DNA of 35,852 nt, from the IMG/VR virus record IMGVR_UViG_3300027640_000001; one strand, 5' to 3'. Source of the stretch: a virus. Shown in pieces: positions 16,765 to 24,581 of this stretch; positions within the stretch are counted from its first letter, which is position 1, and every line of letters begins with the position of its first letter. The notes beneath the pieces are model-generated. The model did no database searches, was not told the DNA's origin, and saw only the letters and a program-made list of their open reading frames with translations. The translations under genes were made by a program, and so were the position numbers.

Positions 16765-17562
16765 TTAGCCGTAAATGCCATAGGTGAAGTCATCTGCATC
16801 GCAATCAACCAGCACCTTGGCGTTGCCGAAGTAGAGCGAGGCCAACATGCGCTCCCATTTCTCGTGGATGTTCAGGTGCAGCGAGACCTTCTTGTCGTCG
16901 AGCTGGGCGGAGTAGAGCTCGCCTACCTGGACGTCACGCTCCCACCGCTCCTTGGCCGGACGCACCTCGTCGGACAGGCGGATGTGCAGGCGATGCTTTA
17001 GCGAGTAGTCGTTGCGGCTGCTGCGGCTTGAGTACGGGTTGCCCGACTTCATGTCACTCTCTGGCTGAGGGTCGAAATAGACGACAAGCGTGGTGCTGCC
17101 ATAGCTCTCTTGTTCCTCGAAACGAATCTCGGGAGCCTCCCAGCCATTTTCTGCGGCCTCCTCTTTATGGGCTTCGATGAACGCCTCGAGCAGGGCCCTC
17201 AGCGACACCTCTCCGGACACGGCATCATTTTTGAGTACCTCTTCGATGGACGCGGTCGCCTTGGTCATCAGCGTCTCGGACACGGCAGCGGCCTCCCAGC
17301 GCTGGCGCAGCGCCTCGGCCACCAGGGCGTTGTAGCGGGTCAGCTCGAACATATCGGAGACATTCGCCGGCAGGGCCTCCTTTACGGCCTCCTTGATGGC
17401 CTGGCCGAAGTTGCCGTAGGAGCGGAACGCGTCGTCGACAACGTCCTTGAACATCTTGTCGATACCAGCATCGATCAGCTCGCGCGGGCGATCGGAGGCG
17501 GCGTATTCGCTGACGCGCTCGGCGAGCAGCTGCTCAAGGGTTTGATTCTGTTTCACTTGCAT
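16765..17562 (-). CDS. Hypothetical early protein (265 aa)
   Basis: A clean ORF with an AAGGAG SD. Its first codons are MQVKQ. Confidence 0.65.
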   Translation of the reverse strand: MQVKQNQTLEQLLAERVSEYAASDRPRELIDAGIDKMFKDVVDDAFRSYGNFGQAIKEAVKEALPANVSDMFELTRYNALVAEALRQRWEAAAVSETLMTKATASIEEVLKNDAVSGEVSLRALLEAFIEAHKEEAAENGWEAPEIRFEEQESYGSTTLVVYFDPQPESDMKSGNPYSSRSSRNDYSLKHRLHIRLSDEVRPAKERWERDVQVGELYSAQLDDKKVSLHLNIHEKWERMLASLYFGNAKVLVDCDADDFTYGIYG

Positions 17563-17578
17563 GGTGCTTCTCCTTGGG
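17552..17578. repeat. 27-bp exact repeat covering SD, ATG and the first codons (copy 2)
   Basis: Identical to 16542..16568. Confidence 0.9.
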
Positions 17579-17592
17579 GTTGAACGACTCGG

Positions 17593-20346
17593 TCAGGCGT
17601 TGCCGCGCCGGGCCGCGTCGGGGTTTTGGAACATCCAGCACTTCACCGTCGTGGCGCGTGCCGACATGGCGTTGTTGCGTGCGTTGAAGGCCGCGCGGAC
17701 GGCGCTGTCCACGGCGCGGTTCTTCTCGATGAACTTGCGGCTGCGGCTGTTGGGCAGCAGGTTGCGGAGCGTGCCGATGTCGGCCAGCTTTTGGCGGTGC
17801 TCGGCGGCGCGCTCGCAGAACTCGTTGAGGTTGATGGCGATCTGGTCCGGCTTTTTGCTGTGGTCGACAACGGGCTCGTCGTTGAGCGATTGCAGGTAAT
17901 CGAACACTTCCCAGAACTCGGCCACTTCGGTCGGATCGGAGTTGACAGCGTTCTGCCGGGCCAGGGCCATCGCGGTGAGTTCGCGTTTGGCGGCGTCGTG
18001 CTGGCGATCGGTGAGCGGTACCACGAGACGCAGCGCGTCGACCAGGGCGAGCAGCTGGGCGTGGTTCTTGATGATTCGCTCGATGCGGATCTCTTTCAGC
18101 TCGCGCAGCGCCTGCTCATGCACCTTTACCTGCTCGCGGAAGGTCTCCATGATCTTCTGCTCGCCCTTCGCGGCCATCAGCAGGAAGTGGCTCACGTCCA
18201 TCGCGCTCAGGTGGTTGAGGTTGTCCGCTGCGGCGCGGCTGGCACTGGTGACCTCCGGCCGCACGAAGTGCAACTTGACGATTCGGGTCAGGATCGCTTC
18301 GCTCGCCGCCACGGTGGCGTTCTGGCTGATGACGATCGCGCCGCGGAACGGTGGCTCATAGGTTTCGTTGCCGGCGGTCTTCACGCCGGTCACGCCCAGG
18401 GTGCCGCCGTTGAACAGCGGCTTGAGCTCGTCCCAGTCATACGCTTTGGCGGCGGTGCGGTCGGTGTCGCTGCGATCGGCCTCGAGCAGAACCAGCGGCA
18501 TGCCGGACACCTGCCCCATCCAACGGCGCAAGCCTGCCTTGGACATTTTCGAGGGGTCTTTACCCTCCTCGTCCGGACGGCCCAGCAGCTTCCAGAGGAA
18601 CATCAGCAACGTGGACTTGCCGGCGCCGGCCTCACCGGTCACCTCCAGGAACGGAAAGGACTGGTACTCGGCGCGGATCTGCTCGGCGAACAGCGAGCCG
18701 AACCAGTAGGCCAGCGCGACGATGCCCTGGGCACCGAAACAGGTCCACAGCCAGTCGAGCCACTCGGTGCGGTAGCCCTCGTCGGTACGGGCGATTTCCA
18801 GGCGGATCGACTTCTGCAGCGTCTTCAGGCGCAGCTGCTTGAACTCGAAATAGTCCTCGCTGTTGGCCTTCTCCACCACGCCACCGCGCACGGCCAGGTC
18901 GCCGAACACATAGCAGCCGTGCTCCTTGCTGTAGCCGATGTAGTCGATCGTCTTGACGGTTTTCAGCCCGTAGAGCTGGTCCTTCATGATCTTGTCGAGC
19001 TGGCTGCCGCTGCCGGTGAACACCGCGCCCGCCGCCATGCCGAGCAAACGCTTCTTGAACTCGCTCGCCGCCGCCACCTGGCCACCGGTGAAGGTGTTGC
19101 GCACGGTGGGTTCGTCGTGCGGAAAGTCAACGCGGAAGTAGTACCAGGCCTCGTCCGTCACCTCATTGCGCTGGAAGTACAGCGCTTTGGGGTAGCAGTT
19201 GGCGATCTCGATCACGCTGCCGCACTGCTGCAAGGCCTTCTCGCGCATCTGCCGATCGTTGAGCAGCTGGTCGTCGTGGTCGTCGCTGTTTTCCAGCTCC
19301 TGCATGGCGCGGTTGAATTTCTCCAGATCGAGCTTGAACCAGTACATCCGGTTGCCGAAGCCCAAGTGGAATTCGCCGCGCTTGTTCCAGTCGTACATCA
19401 GCAGCGCCTTCTCGGCGGCGCTCTCGGCGATCAGCAGCGCGCCCTGGTAGCGGGCGGCCTTGAGGTCGGCCTCGATCTGGTCGGCGCGCTTGTCCTCGTC
19501 GAGGAACATCCAGCGCTGATGCAGATCGTTCCAATCGACTTTGCGATCACCCTGCGGGATCTGCGCGGCCTCGCAGGTGAAGCCCAGCTCCTTGGCCATC
19601 CGCACCCAGCGGCGCGTATAGCGATGTGCTGTCGGCTCGTTATCCAACGCCCACACCAGCTTCGGCAGCTTCTGCCCCGCGTCCGCGCAGGCCTTCGCCA
19701 ACGCCTTGAGGGACTCGGCCGGGAATGCGTTGCAGCTCATGGCCGAGACGGCATCGATGTCGTGATGCAGCAAAGCAATGGCGTCGAAGATGCCCTCGAC
19801 GATCCACAACTCGCTGACCTGGAGCAGGTCCACGCTCGGCGGGCACCACCAGTAGCCCTTCATGGATTGTCCGGGCGCGAATCGAGCCTTTTGCTTGCCG
19901 AAGCGGTGCGGCCGGTCGATCAGCCGTTCCCAGTAGCCACCCTTCTCCAAGGGAAAACGCACCGTGGCCGAGCCAATGGTTTGGTGGCGGTCGAAATAGT
20001 TTTCTTGCGTGTACCAGCCCTTGATCAGCTCCAGACGAAAGCCGCGGGCGCCCTGCAGGTAGCTATTGGCGGTGGCGGTGGGCTCTTTTTCAGTGGCCGG
20101 AACGCGCTTGCTCCAGTCATCGAACAGATCGTCGAACAGCTCTTTCACATGCCACTGCTGGCCGCACTTGCCGCGCCCGCACTTGATGAACCAAGGTTCG
20201 TCGTAGCGGCTGAACAGCTCGCGCTTGTTGCAGCTGGGGCACTCGCCCTTGCGCATGTAATTGGTGCCACCGACGCGCTTGAGGCCGAACTGCTGCTCTA
20301 GGCGGGCAAGTACTTCGGTGCGGATGGCGTTGTCCATCGACTTCAT
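17593..20346 (-). CDS. Replication protein: zinc ribbon, Toprim-like primase region and P-loop NTPase (917 aa)
   Basis: The ATG at 20346 forms ATGA with the upstream stop. Motifs are CPSCNK...CGRGKCG, LWIVEGIFDAIAL / VWALDNE and Walker A GEAGAGKST. Confidence 0.8.
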   Translation of the reverse strand: MKSMDNAIRTEVLARLEQQFGLKRVGGTNYMRKGECPSCNKRELFSRYDEPWFIKCGRGKCGQQWHVKELFDDLFDDWSKRVPATEKEPTATANSYLQGARGFRLELIKGWYTQENYFDRHQTIGSATVRFPLEKGGYWERLIDRPHRFGKQKARFAPGQSMKGYWWCPPSVDLLQVSELWIVEGIFDAIALLHHDIDAVSAMSCNAFPAESLKALAKACADAGQKLPKLVWALDNEPTAHRYTRRWVRMAKELGFTCEAAQIPQGDRKVDWNDLHQRWMFLDEDKRADQIEADLKAARYQGALLIAESAAEKALLMYDWNKRGEFHLGFGNRMYWFKLDLEKFNRAMQELENSDDHDDQLLNDRQMREKALQQCGSVIEIANCYPKALYFQRNEVTDEAWYYFRVDFPHDEPTVRNTFTGGQVAAASEFKKRLLGMAAGAVFTGSGSQLDKIMKDQLYGLKTVKTIDYIGYSKEHGCYVFGDLAVRGGVVEKANSEDYFEFKQLRLKTLQKSIRLEIARTDEGYRTEWLDWLWTCFGAQGIVALAYWFGSLFAEQIRAEYQSFPFLEVTGEAGAGKSTLLMFLWKLLGRPDEEGKDPSKMSKAGLRRWMGQVSGMPLVLLEADRSDTDRTAAKAYDWDELKPLFNGGTLGVTGVKTAGNETYEPPFRGAIVISQNATVAASEAILTRIVKLHFVRPEVTSASRAAADNLNHLSAMDVSHFLLMAAKGEQKIMETFREQVKVHEQALRELKEIRIERIIKNHAQLLALVDALRLVVPLTDRQHDAAKRELTAMALARQNAVNSDPTEVAEFWEVFDYLQSLNDEPVVDHSKKPDQIAINLNEFCERAAEHRQKLADIGTLRNLLPNSRSRKFIEKNRAVDSAVRAAFNARNNAMSARATTVKCWMFQNPDAARRGNA

Positions 20347-20573
20347 GGGCGCGGCCCCCAAACGAAGGCCTGAATCTCTTGCAGCAATGCACGATGAGTC
20401 GTGCAAGTGATGGCGTCGCACTCCAGCAGTCCGCTGAGGTAGCCGCCAATTCGAATCGCCTCGTTGAATTGCCTGTCGTAGTCAGGCGCCGCCTTTAGTT
20501 GCAGAAGGTGCCCCTTAAATATGAGGCGCGCCGGATCAGCTGCCAGGGCCTCGCATTGGGCAAGCGTGCTCAT
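20343..20573 (-). CDS. Hypothetical early protein (76 aa)
   Basis: MSTLAQCEALAADPARLIFKGH..., with ATGA junctions at both ends. Confidence 0.55.
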   Translation of the reverse strand: MSTLAQCEALAADPARLIFKGHLLQLKAAPDYDRQFNEAIRIGGYLSGLLECDAITCTTHRALLQEIQAFVWGPRP

Positions 20574-20860
20574 GCCGGAACCTCCGCTTCCTTCAGCTGC
20601 TTTACCAGCTCGCGCATGGTGCGGTTGAGCCCGGCGATATGCGGGTAGTCCTGGAAGATCTTCCGGCCACGCAAGCCTTGGGGCGTGTAGCGGTACTTGT
20701 CGTCGTACCAGCAGGCCGCCATCAGCTGTTCGTACTGGCTGGTCAGCCAGCGCAGGTAGACCTCGGCCTGGGCCGGCTTGAGTCTGATTTCTAGGGTGAT
20801 GTCGCACATAAAAGCCACCATTCGGGCGCAACTTTCCCCTACCCGCGCTACGGCGGGCAT
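20570..20860 (-). CDS. Hypothetical early protein (start uncertain: 20860, 20821 or 20809)
   Basis: The ORF contains ...MCDITLEIRLKPAQAEVYLRWLTSQYEQLMAACWYDDKYRY... Confidence 0.55.
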   Translation of the reverse strand: MPAVARVGESCARMVAFMCDITLEIRLKPAQAEVYLRWLTSQYEQLMAACWYDDKYRYTPQGLRGRKIFQDYPHIAGLNRTMRELVKQLKEAEVPA

Positions 20861-20886
20861 GGGACGGGATCAATTCAGGGGGGTGT

Positions 20887-21264
20887 TCAGTTAGCGGCTG
20901 CTGCAGCCGGAAGAGCCGCCGGCGGCTGCAATCTCAGGGGCAAATGGCGACAGGGGATTAATACCGTTTCACCCGTAAAGAAATCGACCAGGCTGACAAC
21001 CGTCGCGTCACCGGTGCCGTAATCGATGCCGATCACAGGACGCTTGAGGCACTCCAGCTCGCTCATAGCCAAGTGGACCAAGCGCGGCGCCATGAACATC
21101 GGCACTTCCAGCGAGTGGGCCAAGTAGCTGACGGCCCGATCGAACAGATGGCCATCGTCGACCAGGTGCTCGCCCTGGTGGCGCTGCAGGAAGTGGCGCG
21201 CGACCTCCTGCATGGTGGTGCGGTATTCCTGGGCTTCGCCCACGGTGGTGGTGAGGGTGTTCAT
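20887..21264 (-). CDS. Hypothetical early protein (125 aa)
   Basis: The ATG at 21264 forms ATGA with the ogr-like stop. The protein starts MNTLTTTVGEAQEYRTTMQEVARHF... Confidence 0.6.
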   Translation of the reverse strand: MNTLTTTVGEAQEYRTTMQEVARHFLQRHQGEHLVDDGHLFDRAVSYLAHSLEVPMFMAPRLVHLAMSELECLKRPVIGIDYGTGDATVVSLVDFFTGETVLIPCRHLPLRLQPPAALPAAAAAN

Positions 21265-21578
21265 GCGTTTACGGCCTCCGGTTCCATGTGATCCAGCATG
21301 TCGAGTTGATCGGTTGTCTCGCGGCTGTCGCGCAGCGCCTGCATGCGTTGCACCGAGGGCGCGACCGGCAGTACTACGCGAGGCGCATCCAGGCCGGACG
21401 GGCTCAGCGCGTAATCCCAGCTCAGCGAGCCGCTGTACGTGGCACCGCAGGCGATGTTCAGGCACTGCGCGTACATCGTTTTGTAGGTTGGCGTCTGGGC
21501 CTCGCTGTTGCGGATCCGCATGCGGTGCCCGCAGGCCGGGCATAAACACTTGTAACCACCGTTATGGGCAACGCTCAC
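21261..21578 (-). CDS. ogr: Ogr/Delta-type zinc-finger late transcription activator
   Basis: GTG start preceded by GGGGAGGATAA. CPACGHRMRIRNSEAQTPTYKTMYAQCLNIAC gives the CxxC-N22-CxxxxC pattern. Confidence 0.75.
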   Translation of the reverse strand: MSVAHNGGYKCLCPACGHRMRIRNSEAQTPTYKTMYAQCLNIACGATYSGSLSWDYALSPSGLDAPRVVLPVAPSVQRMQALRDSRETTDQLDMLDHMEPEAVNA

Positions 21579-21640
21579 TTATCCTCCCCACCGCCAGTCG
21601 CGGTCCGGCCTGGCCGGTAATTACTGACGCAACGCGCCGA

Positions 21641-22159
21641 CTACTTCTTTCTGTTCTGCCCGGGCTTGCGCGACCGATGCAGAAGAATCACTGCGTGTAC
21701 CTCTGAATGCCGCGCTGCCATGTGCTGGCGGTGCGCATCGAGGATGGCCTTGGCTTCCCCTTCGTCGATTTCGCCGTTGGCCAGTGCCCCGGCAATGATC
21801 TTGTCCACTGCGCCGCGCTTTACGGCGGTCTTCATGCAGCGTTCATACAGCTCGATGTTGTCCAGCTCGTCCGGGTTGGCGACCGGTACGAACACGCCGC
21901 CATACAGCGCAGCGACGTAATCAGGGAAATGCGTAGTGCCGGCCTCTTGCTCGAGCTGGTGAAGCTGGTCATCGCTCAGCGGGCGGCTACCGGCGCTTTC
22001 ATAGACGTGGTTGTCCAGCTTCTTGATCGGCAAGCCCAGCCGCGCCGCGGCGCACTCACGCCCGCCTGGGTAGTCGCAAACCACTGCGCTCATCACTTGC
22101 CGGCGACTCTCTAGAACGGTGCGCTTCATCTTCTGGTTTCTCGCTGGGGCCTGAGCCAT
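21641..22159 (-). CDS. CII (CP76/YmfL)-like regulatory protein
   Basis: 172 aa, second gene of the lytic operon as in 186. It has an HTH-like segment ECAAARLGLPIKKLDNHVY. Confidence 0.6.
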   Translation of the reverse strand: MAQAPARNQKMKRTVLESRRQVMSAVVCDYPGGRECAAARLGLPIKKLDNHVYESAGSRPLSDDQLHQLEQEAGTTHFPDYVAALYGGVFVPVANPDELDNIELYERCMKTAVKRGAVDKIIAGALANGEIDEGEAKAILDAHRQHMAARHSEVHAVILLHRSRKPGQNRKK

Positions 22160-22416
22160 TACTTTGGAATCACGGCGCCGATGTCGGTCGCGCGGCGGCC
22201 GTACTCGTCGGGGAGATCGGCAACCACGCCCTGTTTAATTCCGAACAGCACAGCGGCACGGTGCGATTCACCCCGCGCGCCTTTCTTCGCACCGGACAGC
22301 ACCTGGTAGCAGGTGAACGGGTCGAGGCCGTTCTCACGGGCAAATTCCTGGACAGACTTGCCCTGCTGGGCGAGCCATTCCTTCGCTTGTTCGGGAGTGC
22401 GTGTGGCTGGCATCAT
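22159..22416 (-). CDS. Cro/Apl-equivalent: Ner/Nlp-like small DNA-binding protein
   Basis: EWLAQQGKSVQEFARENGLDPFTCYQVLSGAKKGARGESHRAAVLFGIK. It is the first gene of the leftward early operon and diverges from cI. Confidence 0.7.
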   Translation of the reverse strand: MMPATRTPEQAKEWLAQQGKSVQEFARENGLDPFTCYQVLSGAKKGARGESHRAAVLFGIKQGVVADLPDEYGRRATDIGAVIPK

Positions 22417-22501
22417 TCAAAACCATTCAAATGCGTTCAATGTGGCAGAAGAATATCACTCATTTGAGTGGTGTCAACGGGAATTTCTATTCAAATGAGT
22501 G
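22414..22501. promoter_or_regulatory. Immunity switch: overlapping divergent promoters plus operator repeats
   Basis: Leftward promoter: TTGACA (22472-22477 on the complement), 16 nt, TATTCT (22450-22455 on the complement). Rightward promoter: TTCAAA (22426-22431), 17 nt, AAGAAT (22449-22454). Perfect palindrome CACTCA-TT-TGAGTG at 22457-22470. Weaker copies occur near 22424-22437 and 22488-22501. Three tandem 10-bp units CATTCAAAAC/CATTCAAATG/CGTTCAATGT span 22414-22443. Confidence 0.5.
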
Positions 22502-22845
22502 GTCTCGGCGAACGCCTACGCGAAGAAAGGAAGCGACTCGGCCTCTCACAGGGCGATTTCGGCGCGCTGGGCGGTGTAAAAGCCAACGCCCAAGGCAAAT
22601 ACGAATCGGACGAGCGAAGCCCCGATGCGACGTATCTGAACGGTCTTTCTTCAGCCGGAGTGGACGTGCTCTACGTTCTGACCGGCAAGCGCACCCCTGT
22701 CACCGCCGAGGGCCTTGAGGCCGATGAATCAGAAGTGCTTAACCATTACCGCGCCATGCCGGAAAGCGATCGCGCCGCCGTGCGCCGAATGACCTCCGCA
22801 CTGGCCGAGTCGGCCGGGCGGTATGTAATCGATTCAGACCAATGA
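22495..22845 (+). CDS. CI-type repressor (XRE HTH, 116 aa, no S24 peptidase domain)
   Basis: ATG at 22495. MSGLGERLREERKRLGLSQGDFGALGGV...VDVLYVLTGK is followed by a short C-terminal segment SEVLNHYRAMPESDRAAVRRMTSALAES. Confidence 0.75.
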   Translation: MSGLGERLREERKRLGLSQGDFGALGGVKANAQGKYESDERSPDATYLNGLSSAGVDVLYVLTGKRTPVTAEGLEADESEVLNHYRAMPESDRAAVRRMTSALAESAGRYVIDSDQ

Positions 22846-22883
22846 ACTCACTCAACGCTGAGTGACCAGGCAAGGAGACGCCC

Positions 22884-23126
22884 ATGACCGCAGCAGCCAT
22901 CGACCTAGACGACCAGCCCCGCCACTTCGGTGACCGCCTGCTCGAAGAGCGCAAGCGCCTCAATTTGCAGGTGCACGAGCTGGCCCACCTCGCCGGCCAG
23001 ACCGACTACATGCAGAAACGCTTCGAGAACGGCACCTCGATCATCCCCATCGACTACCTGCAGGCGCTAGCAGCCCGCAGCGATGCCGACGTGCTGTACA
23101 TCATCACCGGCGCCCGTAGCCGCTGA
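22884..23126 (+). CDS. Second XRE-type HTH protein, a paralogue of the CI N-terminal domain (80 aa)
   Basis: FGDRLLEERKRLNLQVHELAHLAG...ADVLYIITG aligns by eye with the CI N-terminus over its whole length. Confidence 0.7.
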   Translation: MTAAAIDLDDQPRHFGDRLLEERKRLNLQVHELAHLAGQTDYMQKRFENGTSIIPIDYLQALAARSDADVLYIITGARSR

Positions 23127-23155
23127 TCTGCCCTCACCAAACAAGGAACGTTCCC

Positions 23156-23479
23156 ATGCGCAATGTCCTGCTCGGCCTGCTGCTGGTCAGCCCGATCGCT
23201 CTCGCGGGCCCGCCCAAGCTGATCGATGCCGATAGTTTTGGTGCCAGCTGGCCATTCACCTTTGAGGAAGCCCACCTGCAGTGTTACCCGGGCCGGGCCG
23301 TAGTGGTAAGTGATGCTGAAACTGGGCGGTCCTACCCCGTCAACGGGGCGGCGTCCAGCAAGGCGGGTCAATTTGGCCTCGAACCGCTAGACCAGGTCTG
23401 GCGGGAAAACACCGCGATCCCAGGCACGAAAGTGAGCGTCGGGCCCGTCATTGAAGTTGGTCTAGGACTCTGTGGCTGA
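23156..23479 (+). CDS. Secreted DUF2511/YebY-like protein
   Basis: Signal peptide MRNVLLGLLLVSPIALAG. The W-F-EE-L-C-PG...YP-N...C pattern recalls E. coli YebY. Confidence 0.6.
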   Translation: MRNVLLGLLLVSPIALAGPPKLIDADSFGASWPFTFEEAHLQCYPGRAVVVSDAETGRSYPVNGAASSKAGQFGLEPLDQVWRENTAIPGTKVSVGPVIEVGLGLCG

Positions 23480-23582
23480 TCGTGAGATGAAATCTGCGCT
23501 CTGCACTTGGTCGCTCTGACCAGACTGCAGTTAGAAAACAACAACGCCAACAAACACTAAAAGGGTTACCTGGGGAGGGACC

Positions 23583-24578
23583 TTGCACCGTACAGCAACT
23601 TTTTTTGATCTAAAAATAACGGCTAGTGGCAAGTCGAACGTAAAAGGCTTTGAGACCATTTTCGAGGCTACACCGAAATCGCTCAGCGAGATCTACCAGT
23701 TCATCGAAAAGCTTATGGCTTCGGGTGATCGACTGTTGCAAAAAGGCCGCACTTCAAAATCCGCTCGATTCTATCTTGCCGATATGAAGCTCCAAGGCTC
23801 GAAATTGGTCCTGCTTGTAAATCGGTGCGACCCGACTGCGCCGGACGCCGTTTCATCGGATCCAGAAAATAAGAGTCGAGTTGTGCATACGAAGCCGGAG
23901 GGGCACGGAGGAGATTTTTCTGCACACGTGGTAATTGAGACCACCCCTATCAAGGGTGATAACTACTACCTTTGCGTGATCGAAACGGTCTTTGGATCGG
24001 GTCTCCATGCCAGCAGTGTTGCCGGTTATCTTCGCCATGTATTCCGTCATTGCCGCCTACAGTTCCCCTCTGAGTTTCTGATCCCACACGATAGCGGTGC
24101 GAAGCAAAAGGACGGCTCACCTGTCACCGTACGGCACGTTCACTTTGCGGAGCTTCAAGGCCATCCATCTACGGAATTTGAAAAAGAGCTGTCAGAAGGA
24201 ACTCTCTCCGGTCTTGAACTGCTCGATTTTTCAACTAAGGGTGCGGTGTGGGATGAGCAGGGTGTGATAGAGGAACAGGGGCGTAAAGTCCTGCTTCGCC
24301 CGGAGAAGAAAGTTCTCAAAGATACAGCTAAGGCTGTGCAGCAGATAAGATCCAAGGTTCTAGGCGATAAAAACCTTCACTACCCACAAATCCGAATAAG
24401 GTTTACTAATCAAAAAGGTGAGCCCCGAGACGCAACCATAGACACTGAGTCGGGGCGTCTCGTTAATGAACAGAAATACGTAAAACGCCACGTCATTAAT
24501 GCACCAACAATAAATACAGCTAGCTTAGATGCAATCAACGGCATTATTATAAAGCAAGTACTCCGCCTGATGGGGTGA
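23583..24578 (+). CDS. Unknown 331-aa soluble protein, first gene of the low-GC two-gene cassette (candidate RexA-like sensor)
   Basis: TTG start 3 nt after GGGGAGGG. It has no hydrophobic segments. GC is far below the backbone. Confidence 0.7.
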   Translation: MHRTATFFDLKITASGKSNVKGFETIFEATPKSLSEIYQFIEKLMASGDRLLQKGRTSKSARFYLADMKLQGSKLVLLVNRCDPTAPDAVSSDPENKSRVVHTKPEGHGGDFSAHVVIETTPIKGDNYYLCVIETVFGSGLHASSVAGYLRHVFRHCRLQFPSEFLIPHDSGAKQKDGSPVTVRHVHFAELQGHPSTEFEKELSEGTLSGLELLDFSTKGAVWDEQGVIEEQGRKVLLRPEKKVLKDTAKAVQQIRSKVLGDKNLHYPQIRIRFTNQKGEPRDATIDTESGRLVNEQKYVKRHVINAPTINTASLDAINGIIIKQVLRLMG

Positions 24579-24581
24579 GCA

